A program made the position numbers and the translations under genes. From NCBI GenBank assembly GCA_010093815.1, contig ML996581.1: 64,000 nucleotides of DNA; one strand, given 5' to 3'. The stretch is from Pseudovirgaria hyperparasitica (Eukaryota). The notes beneath the pieces were generated by a model. That model had not been told where the DNA came from. It ran no database searches and worked only from the letters and a program-made list of their open reading frames with translations. Each line of letters begins with the position of its first letter. Position 1 is the first letter of the stretch. Shown one piece after another: positions 53,003 through 64,000 of the stretch.

Positions 53003-53298
53003 CACAATCGCTCAGCTGTCACTCGAGACACCCAACATGTTTCATCGTTACGTGGGTTTGCGGAGTGAGAATCAAAGCTGCTTTAATTCTGCGAGCACGC
53101 AACTGCAAGAGTAAGGGATAGCAGTCAAGGTTGTCATGGATATAAGCTACGTTGCCGAAACTGGTCCAAGCGTCATCATCCATAGAAATTGGAAGGATCT
53201 TTGGACTGCAACTTCACCAGCTTCAATTTGCACTTTCATCGAAAGAATTCCAACTTTTGGTCATTCGAACTTTGGACACATGCTGTGAGACAGTCAAG

Positions 53299-55072
53299 AT
53301 GACCAATGTGAAGGAGACACTCCTAGCAGTCGGCATTGTTGTTCCAGTAATCTTCCTTCACCTGTTGCTCGCACCATACACCAAGGTTGAAGAATCATTC
53401 AATACCCAAGCTATTCACGACATCATATATCATGGCATTCCATATTCGGATGCTTCAGGATTTTTCGAACTTAAATACGATCACACATCTTACCCTGGCT
53501 CTGTTCCACGGACTTTTGTAGGCGCATTAGTGACCGCTGGCATCACGAGACCTTGGGTTTCGTTCGTCAAAACATCGGCAGATGTTCAGACGTTAGGTCA
53601 GTCTATTTCAGGGGACAAAATTGCAAACTTTGACAAGATCAAACAGCAAGAGCTGCTATTGGATTATACAACGGTTTAGCCATTGTCGCCTTCAAGGCCG
53701 CTGTGGACGCATCGTTTGGACGACTTGCTGGGATATGGTATTTGCTACTACAAGCTAGTCAGTTTCATGTGGTGTACTATGCCTCGAGACCTTTGCCAAA
53801 TATGTTTGCGTTCGGAATGAGTAAGTTCTCATAATAGTGTAGATGCTGTTGCCGTAACGGACCATAGGCACTATCGCCCTTCGCTCCCTACTTCTTGGGT
53901 ACTCAACCCTAGATCGATCGGCTGCTTCCAAACAGTACAGGCTTTGTTTGTATCTGTTGACCGTTGCTGGAATTATCTTCAGAGCCGAACTTGCAGTTCT
54001 CCTCACGACTGTCACCTTATATCTAATTACTCGGAAATCGATCTCCATAAAGGATGTCATCCTGCCAGCAGGTATTGCAGGAGTAACGATGGGTCTCTTG
54101 GTGACGGTAGCTGTAGACTCATTCTTTTGGCAGCAAAGTCCGATTTGGCCCGAGCTAGCGGGATTCATCTTCAACACCATTCAAGGGCATTCCTCTGAAT
54201 GGGGCGTCTCGCCTTGGTGGTTCTACTTTGGCAATTCCCTTCCCAAGATTTTACTGAATCCATTCACTTTCTTGGTTCTGATTCCTTTGGCATTGCTGAA
54301 CCCGGCTCTGAGGCCACGAAGTCTCGACATCTTGCTTCCTCCGACGGCTTTCGTTGCCATTTACAGCGTGTTACCCCATAAGGAGTGGCGATTCATCATA
54401 TACATCGTCCCTCTGCTGACGACTATTGCATCAGCTGGAGCCTCCTGGATTTGGATACGGCGCTCAAAGACACTTATCAATCGACTTCTTGCTCTTGCCA
54501 TGATCAGCAGCGTCGTTTTGTCTTTTGTAGGCTCGACTGCAATGTTAACGATCTCGAGCTGGAACTACCCAGGAGCAATAGCTATCACCAGACTCCATGG
54601 ATTGGTAGGGAGTGAGAACGCCATTATTCGAGTCCACCTGGACAATCTTTCGTGTCAGACTGGCGTTTCTCGTTTTCTCCAGAAGCGTACTGGGATCGAA
54701 AATCGTGCGATTGAATCGTCCCTCTCCAAAATCCAGAGCCAAACTGTGTGGGTGTACGATAAAACTGGTGATGAAGCTACACTTCTAAATCCTTCATTTT
54801 GGAACCAATTTGATTATGCTCTAGTCGAACGTCCAGAGAAAACTATTGGGAAGTGGGAAGTTTTAGATACCATAGATGGGTTTTCCGGTGTTCGGATTGT
54901 GAAGCCGGGGGCTCACCTATTGCGGAGAGAATGTGCACCATCCAGTCTCCTCTGTCAACCTTTACGGTCTGCTGAGAGTTTTGTTAGGGAAAAAATTACC
55001 AAGGGATGGTGGATGGATTTCAGCATGGAGCCGAAAATCCATATACTTAAGAAGCAAATAGACCAGAGCTAA
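53299..55072 (+). CDS. ALG12: Dol-P-Man alpha-1,6-mannosyltransferase (GT22), 3 exons
   Basis: [20 protein letters not shown]...[57 protein letters not shown]. Confidence 0.94.
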
Positions 55073-55324
55073 CTCAGTGAATAATCTGTTATTGCCTCTT
55101 CTGCATCTACATGAAGCTTACTTAACAGCGATATACGACGTGAAACAAACGCGACATCACGTGAATATAAAATGTTGTGCACGGACCTCACTGATTTCTG
55201 ATTAACAGCTACCTACTACCTACTTAGTAAAGAGGCAACAGCCCACATCTCTCCCCACTACCTTATACCACCTTTCCTTCGCCTTGTCCCGCGATCATAT
55301 CGATCGCAATCGGTAATCTTCAAG

Positions 55325-58300
55325 ATGGCGAACAAAGGGCAAAATGATCTGTCCCAATTCAAGTATGCGGCCATGTCCAATTTGGTCCTCCAAGCGGACC
55401 GTCGATTCGTGTCGCGCCGGGGTGACGAAAACACTGGTGATCCGGAATCACTTGCCGGACGCATAACGATACATGACATGGGACAGCGTGGAGCGCGTGA
55501 AGATGCGCCGAAGCAAAAGGTTGACCGTGCGAACATACAAGAAGACGAAAGCATATTGCGACAGCAGAAGAAGCGAAAACGCGGTGAAGCTGAAGACCTC
55601 CGTGGTCAGCCTGTGCTGGGCCAGTCGGACTTCTTAGTTGAAGGTCTGAAATATAAACCTAGGACGCCCGCCACGCGATCTACATATGCCTTGATTACAA
55701 CTATAGTGGGAAGAGCTTTGGGTGATGTACCAAACACCATGGTCATGAGCGCTGCAGACTTCGTGTTGGAAACTTTGAAAAATGAAGACATGAAAGATTT
55801 CGACAAGAAGAAAGAGGTGGATGAGGTTCTGGGTACATCACTGACCTCAAAAGAGTTCAACGAGCTCGTGAACTTAGGAAAGAAGATTACAGACTATGAT
55901 GCGCAAGACGATGATGATGAAGATGCTGTAGGAGAGGCTCCAACAGCTGGCCCTGGTGCGGATGGGACAGACACAAAGGCCCAGGACGCTCAAGACGAGG
56001 ACATCAAATTTGACCAAAGGAATGGTGTCGCAGTCGTCTTTGGTGACGAGGACGACGAAGATGGACAGACATTCGAGGTCAGGGATGGTGATAGCTCAGA
56101 TGAGGATGCAGAAGAGGACGAAGCTACCGGACAAGATATACAGGCTGATGGCCTCCACGCGGACGAGGATGGTGATATTGTGTTCAATGTCAAAGCTAGC
56201 GACGATGACACAACGACGAAGCTGGGTAAAGGTCTCATACCCGCACATGAGATCGATGCGTACTGGCTACAACGTCAGATCGGTCAAATATATCAGGACG
56301 CCCATGAACAGCAGGAGAAGACTCGAGAAGCACTTCAGATTATGTCTGGCGATGCCGACGAGGAAGAGGGAGAGAAGTCATTAAGAGAAATTGAAAATGA
56401 TCTTATGGAATTGTTTGACTATGAGCATGACGACTTTGTCGGCAAACTCGTTCTGAACAGAGACAGGATTGTTTGGATCACACGATGGCAACGAGCCGCT
56501 GGAGATGGCGATTCCCGGACGGCAGTTGAACGAGAGATGGTCGCGGCAGGGCATCGCGCCATCTTGAACGAGCTCAGAAGTAGAGACGAACAGGCGGTGG
56601 CAAAAAGTACTGCAGCGCCGAAGGGTCTGAAATTAGACCTCATGGATATCGATGTTCCATCACAAGATACCAAGATGGACGATGACCCAGCGCCACAAGT
56701 CTCGATAGACGACCTCCAGCCCCAAAAACTGATCGATCTGCAAAATCTGGTCTTCGAACAGGGTAACCATCTCAACACGAACCCAAGAATCACCCTACCT
56801 CAAGGCTCAGTGGAGCGCAAACACAAAGGTTACAGCGAGTACATTGTCCCGCCGCCTAAGCGTAAACGCGATGCAAATGAAGTGAGAAACATCCCGACAT
56901 CTGACCTCCCTGATTGGGCGAGAGTGGGCTTCGGCTCTTCAAAAGAACTCAATCGCATCCAGACACGTTGCTATCCCACGGCTTTCAACGACGACGGAAA
57001 CATGCTGATTTGTGCACCAACTGGGTCCGGCAAAACTAATGTCGCCATGCTGACCATGCTAAGGGAGATTGGAAAGAATCGTAACCCTGAAACTGGCGAA
57101 ATAGCCTTGGATAATTTCAAGATTGTATATATCGCTCCTCTGAAAGCTCTTGTGCAGGAGCAAGTAGGGAACTTTGGCAAGCGTCTGGAACCTTACGGCA
57201 TAAGGGTATCTGAACTCACTGGAGATCGGCAATTGACCAAAGCCCAAATCGCAGAGACACAGGTCATTGTAACGACGCCTGAGAAGTGGGACGTCATCAC
57301 CCGCAAAGCAACTGACACGAGCTACACCAATCTGGTCCGCCTCATATGTATCGATGAAATCCATCTTCTCCATGACGACCGTGGACCCGTGCTCGAAAGT
57401 ATCGTTAGCCGTACCATTCGCCGGATGGAGCAAACAGGGCACCCAGTTCGCCTCGTCGGTCTCAGTGCTACTCTTCCGAATTACAAAGATGTTGCGAACT
57501 TTCTCCGAGTCGACCCAAACAAAGGCATGTTTCATTTCGACGGTACTTTCAGACCTTGTCCCTTGGGTCAAGAGTTTGTTGGTGTAGCAGACAGAAGTCC
57601 GATCAAGCAGCTGCGGACGATGAATGAAGTGTGCTACAACAAGATTCTAGATCAGACCGCTCAGAATTACCAGACTCTCGTCTTTGTTCATTCACGAAAA
57701 GAGACAGCCAAAACAGCCAAGTATATTCGTGATAAGGCCTTGGAAATGGAGACGATAGGTCAAATCATGCGTACAGACGCGGGGAGCTCGGAGATACTTA
57801 GGTCGGAGTCGGAATCAGTCCAGAACCCAGATCTGAAAGACGTCATGCAATATGGTTTCGGTATCCATCATGCTGGAATGAGCAGATCCGACCGAAATAA
57901 GGTCGAAGAGCTTTTCGCAGATGGACATCTTCAAGTGCTGGTTTGTACAGCGACCCTGGCTTGGGGTGTCAATTTACCGGCGCATACAGTCATCATCAAG
58001 GGGACCACAATTTATTCACCCGAGAAAGGATCATGGGTGGAGCTTAGCCCGCAAGACGTTCTTCAGATGCTCGGGCGAGCTGGGCGGCCTCAGTACGACA
58101 GCTTCGGTCTTGGTATCATTATCACCACGCAGGGCGAAATCCAGTACTATATCTCGCTCATGAACCAGCAGCTTCCGATCGAGTCTCAATTCATGAGCAA
58201 GCTGGCTGATAACCTTAACGCTGAGATCGTTCTAGGCAGTATTCGCAATAGAAAAGAAGCTGTGGAATGGCTAGGCTATACATACCTGTTTGTTCGTATG

Positions 58301-61300
58301 CTCCGGTCGCCTGGTCTCTATGGTGTTGGTGCCGACTACGAGAATGACGACTTCTTGCTCCAAATCCGAGTCGATCTTGTTCACTCAGCAGCTACAGTTC
58401 TTGAGAAATGTGGTCTCGTCAAGTACGAGAAAAAGTCCGGAAAGCTGACACCAACTGAACTCGGACGAATCGCTTCCCACTACTACATCACTCATAACTC
58501 TATGCATACTTATAACCAACACATCCAACCATCCATCTCGACTATCGAGCTATTCCGCGTATTCGCTCTTAGCGAAGAATTCAAGTACATTCCAGTCCGC
58601 CAGGAGGAGAAATTGGAGCTTGCGCAACTTCTTAGCAAAGTGCCAATTCCGATCAAAGAGGGTATAGAAGAACCTCAAGCCAAGATCAATGTGCTTTTAC
58701 AAGCCTATATTTCGAGGCTGAAGTTTGAAGGTCTGGCGCTCATGGCAGATCTTGTCTATGTGACTCAGTCCGCTGGTCGTATTCTTCGAGCGATCTTCGA
58801 AATCTCGCTAAAGAAAGGCTGGTCTTCCGTCACGAAGCTTACTCTCGACCTTTGTAAAATGGCTGAAAAGAGGATGTGGCCGACTATGTCTCCACTCAGA
58901 CAATTCCCAAATGCACCACGGGACATTGTTAGCAAAGCCGAACGTCTCGAAGTTCCCTTTAGTGCATTCTTTGACCTTGACCCACCACGTATGGGAGAGC
59001 TTCTTGGAATGCCGAGACATGGAAAGGTTGCCTGTGACCTAATGGCCAAGTTTCCCAGGTTATCCATTACTGCACAAGCCCAGCCGATGACAAGATCGAT
59101 GTTACGAGTCGACTTGACGCTAACGCCAAACTTTATTTGGGACAATGAGGTTCATGGAGCTGCTGAAGGGTTCTGGATCCTCGTGGAGGACGTCGACGGC
59201 GAGGAGATTTTATTCCACGACCAGTTTCTGCTGCGGCGAGAGTTCTCAGGCCCGGAAGATGAGCACCTAGTGGAATTCACCGTTCCGGTTACGGAGCCCA
59301 TGCAACCACATATCTTCATCACTGTCTTATCGGATCGATGGATGAATTCTGAATCTAAGATTGCTGTCTCGTTTCAAAAGCTTATCTTGCCAGGAAAGTT
59401 TCCTGCTCCCACGCCCCTCCTGGATCTACAGCCTCTGACCCTTTCGGCGTTCAAGGACCCAGAGTACCAGTCTCTCTTCGAAGGTTTTAATAAGTTTAAC
59501 AAAGTACAAACGCAGACCTTCAATTCTTTATTCAATACAGATGACAGTGTCTTCATTGGTGCTGCTACAGGTATTGGCAAGACTGTATGTGCGGAGTTCG
59601 CGATCTTGCGGCACTGGTCACGTAAAAGTGATCGTCGTGCAGTCTATATCGCCCCTAATCAAGAGCAAATCGACTCGCGTTTCCAGGACTGGAAGAAACG
59701 TTTGTCTGGCATTAAGGGTGGGAAAGAGATCGTAAAGCTCTCTGGCGACATGAATACCGACTTGAAAATACTCGAAAGAGGGAATCTCGTCCTTGCCACA
59801 CCTCTCCAATGGGACTCTATCTCAAGGCAATGGCAGCGCCGAAAGAATGTGCAAAATGTCGGACTCTTCATCGCTGACGATGTGCACATGATTGGAGGCC
59901 ATGGAGGCTTCATCTACGAGATGATTGTCTCGCGTATGCATGCGATGTCGTTGCAACTCGAGTCCGAACTCAGAATCATCGGCTTAAGCGTCTCCCTCTC
60001 AGACGCACGGGATATCGGAGAGTGGATTGGTGCCAGCAAACATACAATCTTCAACTTCAGCCCACACGTTCGGGCAGTGCCGTTGGAGCTACACATACAA
60101 AGCTTCACGATACCACATTTCCCTTCTTTGATGCTGGCAATGGCAAGGCCCGTATACCAATCAATCCTGCAGCTTTCACCGGATAAGCCAGCTATCGTCT
60201 TCGTTCCGAACCGAAAGCAGGCGCGCAATAGCTCATTAGACCTTCTTGCGCAATGTGTCGCAGACGATAATGTGGGAGATGACCCCTTCTTACATACAAC
60301 CATCGAAGAACTCAATCCATTACTTGCTAAGATTAGTGAGCGAGCATTGGCCGAGTCGCTAACGCATGGCATCGGTTACTACCACGAAGCCTTGAGTTCA
60401 TTTGATAAGAGAGCAGTCGAGCATCTCTTTAAAATTGGCGCCATCCAAGTCATGGTCGTGTCAAGAGACTCTTGCTGGGAGATTAATTCTACTGCTCATT
60501 TGGTGATCATCCAAGGCACTCAGTACTACGAAGGCCGTGAGCACCGTTACATCGACTATCGCATCAGCGATGTGCTCCAGATGTTTGGTAAGGCCGGAAA
60601 CCCAGGCAATGTTAAAGCAGCCAAGGGTGTCCTAATGGTGCCGGCCGTAAAGCGCGACTACTACAAGAAGTTTTTGAACGAGGCTTTACCAATCGAGTCG
60701 CATCTCCCTGACAATCTTCATGACGCTTTCGTTTCTGAGATCAGCACAAACATTATATCCTCTACACAAGATGCGCTCGACTGGGCAACGTACACATTCT
60801 TCTACCGTCGCCTTCTAGCTAATCCCAGCTTTTATGGCCTCCAGGATCCCTCTAGCAACGGGCTGAGTGGTTTCCTTTCTGATATCGTGGAGTTGACGCT
60901 CAAGCAATTGGCCGAAGCAAAGATCATAGAACACGATGAAGATGAAGACACTGTGGCCCCACTCAACGCTGCTATGATTGCAGCCTACTACAACATCTCC
61001 TTCGTTACCATGCAGACCTTTCTCCTTTCCCTCACTAGCCGCACTAAGCTCAAGGGCATCCTCGAGATCATCTCGTCGGCTGTTGAGTTCGAGAACATCC
61101 AGATCCGTCGCCACGAGGACCGCATCCTTCGCCGAATATACGATCGCGTTCCAGTCAAGATGGCAGACGGAGACTTTAATACACCGCACTTCAAGGCGTT
61201 CATCTTGCTTCAAGCACACTTCTCCCGTATGCAACTCCCCGTCGACCTCGCCAAGGACCAAGAAGAAATCCTCAAGAAGGCACTCCCGCTATTGTCCGCC

Positions 61301-61993
61301 TGTGTCGATGTACTCTCTTCCGAAGGTCATCTGAATGCCATGAATGCCATGGAAATGTCGCAGATGACCGTACAAGCCATGTGGGACCGCGACTCTCCGC
61401 TCAAACAAATCCCCCATTTCGATGATGAAGTAATCGACGCCTGCAAAAAGTTTGGCATAAACGACATCTTCGAGTTCATGGATGCCATGGATCCAAGCGA
61501 GAACAAGGACTACGAGAAGCTTATCAAGGCCATGGGTCTAGACAAGGAGCAGCTGAGCCGCGCAGCCAACTTCACAAACGAGTACTATCCAAACGTCGAG
61601 CTCGAGTTTGAGGTTCTCGAGCCGGAGAGCATCACATCGGGCGCACCGTCCCATCTCGGCATCAAAGTCACGCGTGAGATCGAAGAGGACGAGGAACCGA
61701 AGACGGAAGTCAGCGCACCCTTCTTCCCCGTGCCGAAGACGGAGAACTGGTGGATCCTAGTAGGCGAAGAGAAGACGAAGAACCTGCTTGCGGTCAAGAG
61801 GATCACGTTTGGGCGCGAGTACAAGGGGAAGTTGGAGTATACGGTGCCGACGGCTGGCAAGCATGAGCTGACGCTGTATCTCATGAGCGACTGCTATGTC
61901 GGCATCGATCAGGCACCGACGTTTGAGGTCGACGTTGCCGAGGGAGAAGACGAGGACGAGGACGACGAGGATGAAGACGAGATGGAGGAATGA
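55325..61993 (+). CDS. BRR2: U5 snRNP Ski2-like RNA helicase Brr2 (2222 aa, intronless)
   Basis: YAAMSNLVLQADRRF, APTGSGKT, DEIH, second helicase cassette, two Sec63 domains. Confidence 0.98.
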   Translation: MANKGQNDLSQFKYAAMSNLVLQADRRFVSRRGDENTGDPESLAGRITIHDMGQRGAREDAPKQKVDRANIQEDESILRQQKKRKRGEAEDLRGQPVLGQSDFLVEGLKYKPRTPATRSTYALITTIVGRALGDVPNTMVMSAADFVLETLKNEDMKDFDKKKEVDEVLGTSLTSKEFNELVNLGKKITDYDAQDDDDEDAVGEAPTAGPGADGTDTKAQDAQDEDIKFDQRNGVAVVFGDEDDEDGQTFEVRDGDSSDEDAEEDEATGQDIQADGLHADEDGDIVFNVKASDDDTTTKLGKGLIPAHEIDAYWLQRQIGQIYQDAHEQQEKTREALQIMSGDADEEEGEKSLREIENDLMELFDYEHDDFVGKLVLNRDRIVWITRWQRAAGDGDSRTAVEREMVAAGHRAILNELRSRDEQAVAKSTAAPKGLKLDLMDIDVPSQDTKMDDDPAPQVSIDDLQPQKLIDLQNLVFEQGNHLNTNPRITLPQGSVERKHKGYSEYIVPPPKRKRDANEVRNIPTSDLPDWARVGFGSSKELNRIQTRCYPTAFNDDGNMLICAPTGSGKTNVAMLTMLREIGKNRNPETGEIALDNFKIVYIAPLKALVQEQVGNFGKRLEPYGIRVSELTGDRQLTKAQIAETQVIVTTPEKWDVITRKATDTSYTNLVRLICIDEIHLLHDDRGPVLESIVSRTIRRMEQTGHPVRLVGLSATLPNYKDVANFLRVDPNKGMFHFDGTFRPCPLGQEFVGVADRSPIKQLRTMNEVCYNKILDQTAQNYQTLVFVHSRKETAKTAKYIRDKALEMETIGQIMRTDAGSSEILRSESESVQNPDLKDVMQYGFGIHHAGMSRSDRNKVEELFADGHLQVLVCTATLAWGVNLPAHTVIIKGTTIYSPEKGSWVELSPQDVLQMLGRAGRPQYDSFGLGIIITTQGEIQYYISLMNQQLPIESQFMSKLADNLNAEIVLGSIRNRKEAVEWLGYTYLFVRMLRSPGLYGVGADYENDDFLLQIRVDLVHSAATVLEKCGLVKYEKKSGKLTPTELGRIASHYYITHNSMHTYNQHIQPSISTIELFRVFALSEEFKYIPVRQEEKLELAQLLSKVPIPIKEGIEEPQAKINVLLQAYISRLKFEGLALMADLVYVTQSAGRILRAIFEISLKKGWSSVTKLTLDLCKMAEKRMWPTMSPLRQFPNAPRDIVSKAERLEVPFSAFFDLDPPRMGELLGMPRHGKVACDLMAKFPRLSITAQAQPMTRSMLRVDLTLTPNFIWDNEVHGAAEGFWILVEDVDGEEILFHDQFLLRREFSGPEDEHLVEFTVPVTEPMQPHIFITVLSDRWMNSESKIAVSFQKLILPGKFPAPTPLLDLQPLTLSAFKDPEYQSLFEGFNKFNKVQTQTFNSLFNTDDSVFIGAATGIGKTVCAEFAILRHWSRKSDRRAVYIAPNQEQIDSRFQDWKKRLSGIKGGKEIVKLSGDMNTDLKILERGNLVLATPLQWDSISRQWQRRKNVQNVGLFIADDVHMIGGHGGFIYEMIVSRMHAMSLQLESELRIIGLSVSLSDARDIGEWIGASKHTIFNFSPHVRAVPLELHIQSFTIPHFPSLMLAMARPVYQSILQLSPDKPAIVFVPNRKQARNSSLDLLAQCVADDNVGDDPFLHTTIEELNPLLAKISERALAESLTHGIGYYHEALSSFDKRAVEHLFKIGAIQVMVVSRDSCWEINSTAHLVIIQGTQYYEGREHRYIDYRISDVLQMFGKAGNPGNVKAAKGVLMVPAVKRDYYKKFLNEALPIESHLPDNLHDAFVSEISTNIISSTQDALDWATYTFFYRRLLANPSFYGLQDPSSNGLSGFLSDIVELTLKQLAEAKIIEHDEDEDTVAPLNAAMIAAYYNISFVTMQTFLLSLTSRTKLKGILEIISSAVEFENIQIRRHEDRILRRIYDRVPVKMADGDFNTPHFKAFILLQAHFSRMQLPVDLAKDQEEILKKALPLLSACVDVLSSEGHLNAMNAMEMSQMTVQAMWDRDSPLKQIPHFDDEVIDACKKFGINDIFEFMDAMDPSENKDYEKLIKAMGLDKEQLSRAANFTNEYYPNVELEFEVLEPESITSGAPSHLGIKVTREIEEDEEPKTEVSAPFFPVPKTENWWILVGEEKTKNLLAVKRITFGREYKGKLEYTVPTAGKHELTLYLMSDCYVGIDQAPTFEVDVAEGEDEDEDDEDEDEMEE

Positions 61994-63262
61994 AAACCGC
62001 CACATTTTGGCATTTCGTGGGGATATTTACACGTTGGGGTCGGGTGGTGTGGTGGATGTATGAGTAATAATTAGTTGACATGTCGCGGCGCAAGATAAAA
62101 GGGCGCGCTGGCATGAAAGTAAGAAATGTTTACATAGACAATACACAGAATTGCTTTTCTGTCGACCCCTCTCTTATCTACCCTACCTCCCTTCTCGCGT
62201 TTCCACGATCACGAACAAGCCCATCTTTCTGCATCGGCGCTGAATGGACCCTTGGTCCATTCATCCGTCCGGATGGGAAGGTGCTGGCGAAACCTCCTCA
62301 GGTTCAAGAATCAGTATCCGTTTGTTTTTAAAGCTAGATATTACAATTAGTACAAAAGTGACTTTGAAAGGAAGCGTGGCAGTGTGATGGATCAGAACCT
62401 CGCCCGAGGGTGAATCTAACTGTACTGTACACGTTACCAACCCAAACATCGTTGAATATGATCGTTTGGCCAACACAGCCACGTCGCTTTGCATCGCATC
62501 GCATCGCAACATAGTTCCAAATGTGGTGCTTGATTGACCTGATGATTCTCACAATCTCCCGCTAGAAAGGAGGCAAGAAAGTGAGTAGGAATGCAAAGCA
62601 AAGCAAGGGACAGACAGATAAACAAGGAAAAGATAATAGCACCCCCGGGACCCGCACCCGATGCCCTTCAGACTATATCTATACGCGTATATGCATACGT
62701 GCATATATTACACATGTGTGTGTAACAACGCATACGGGTTCCAGATTCATCAGGCGAGTTCTGGGCCTGGTCCTTGGTTCTAATGATGTTGCGTCATGGA
62801 GTGAGTATATTGGAACGATATAGTCTAGAGGAATGGCAAATTCTGCGTGCCTTTGGTTTTGCGATAAGGATTGAGGGTTGAGAGGAGTGGTGAGTTTCTC
62901 TTCTAGTCAAAAGATGTGTAGGCTGTTAGGTGTGGGTGCGCTTTTGTCAAGGCTATAGCTATGTATGTATTAATATATGAGGTTATGCATAGTTTCACAG
63001 GGTGAGTCAGAGTAATCATCTAAGGAATTCTTGGACGTTTGGATGAGACAGTACAGGGGAAATGATTGATCATTTGTTAGTGCTATTCATTCTAGATGAC
63101 GACACACTTGGATGGTAGGCCACAGGGACCGCCTTTGTCATGCTCTTTGCGCTCTTGCGGGCTAGATCCATTCTCCTGGTTGTTCGTCGCTGCTGGCGTG
63201 GAAGTGGCCCTGTCGTTACCACTGGCTGGTGGTGGTACGGGCTGCTTCTTCTGGCCATCTAG

Positions 63263-64000
63263 TCACGCGAAGTTAACCTTGGACACAGCCTCGTAGAAGG
63301 CCTTGCCCTGTCTCTCGGCGATCTCGAGCTCCTTGGGAGAAGGCTGGCGCTGGCCCTGAGAGCCCTGTGACGCATCGTCAGTCAATCAACGCACAAAATC
63401 TCTAGTTTCTGCGGAGGGACGAACAGCGAATGTGCCTGCTCCCCATGGAGAGCCTCCATGAAGCTCGCTCACATCACTGAGCAGATCACCAGCCACCTTG
63501 TATCCGAGCGGGACGTAGATGAGACCGTGGTGAGCCAGCGTGCTCATCGCCGCAATGGCGGTGGATTCTTGACCTCCGCCCGGGGTGCCGGAACTGACGA
63601 AGAGACCGGCGTATTTACCCCATAGAGCACCTGTGAGAATGGGATGATGGATCAGCGAATGCTAGATACATTGCCATGGCTCATGATCAGGCGTACCTTG
63701 GCTCCATAGACCGCCTGTCTTGTCCCAGAGGACCTTCCACTGGGCAGGAAAGTTTCCGTATCGTGTGGGGATGCCGAAGAGGAAGGCATCGTATTCTTTC
63801 AGGGTGTTGACGTCGGTGAGGACTGGCACATCGGAGGACTTTGCTGGGGCGTGCATCTTGCCGAGGACCTCGTCGCTGAGGGTCTCTGGGACTCTTCATG
63901 GCAGTTAGCAGTGAGTCGTTCGTGAGCTTATGAGACTCACTGGTAGACCGTTACACTGCCACCAGCAGCCTCAATACCCTTCTTCTCAGCATCAGCTAGC
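63263..64000 (-). CDS. PST2: Flavodoxin-like NAD(P)H:quinone oxidoreductase (WrbA/Pst2/Ycp4/Alt a 7 family); 5' end beyond the right edge
   Basis: [87 protein letters not shown]...RQPS..ELEIA..QGKAFY..VSKVNFA*. Three introns visible. Confidence 0.93.

Noticed and set aside
63070..63258. 62-aa ORF MARRSSP..., or an alternative acceptor at GACTAG, as the explanation of the PST2 3' region
   Set aside because: Different frame with no recognisable features. Using that acceptor would delete the conserved last helix, and a GTTAAC...TAG intron would be only 19 nt. The in-frame CaaX extension explains the region better.
1..64000. CRISPR arrays, transposases/retroelements, secondary-metabolite cluster
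   Set aside because: None seen; eukaryotic housekeeping neighbourhood with no repeat-spacer arrays or RT/transposase/PKS/NRPS motifs.

Overview
Gene-dense eukaryotic DNA from a filamentous ascomycete (Pezizomycotina), with short GT-AG introns and CTRAC branch points. About 23 mostly housekeeping genes: PTA1, COA3, MscS-like channel, GprM-like GPCR, GH17 BtgE, ATG14/VPS38 family, TRR1, TRM82, RPP0, GNAT, YDJ1, FCY1, HEM12, MSH1, CMC2, GIM4, HAP3/HapC, a methyltransferase, PFA4, ALG12, BRR2, a PST2/YCP4-family flavodoxin-like gene, and two hypotheticals. A simple-repeat-rich island with three assembly gaps lies at about 11-20 kb, and a degenerate tRNA-like element at 44.3 kb. The best signals are hidden isoforms that ORF callers miss. 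(1) The PST2-like gene ends in UGA-CUAG, followed in frame by 56 open codons ending in a CaaX box (CVVI*), predicting a readthrough-made lipid-anchored Ycp4-like isoform. (2) Thioredoxin reductase has a 48-codon, acid-free, Arg-rich in-frame extension starting at a CUG in strong context, predicting a non-AUG mitochondrial isoform. Gene identities come from recognising protein motifs by eye; exon boundaries were read manually and no database search was run.
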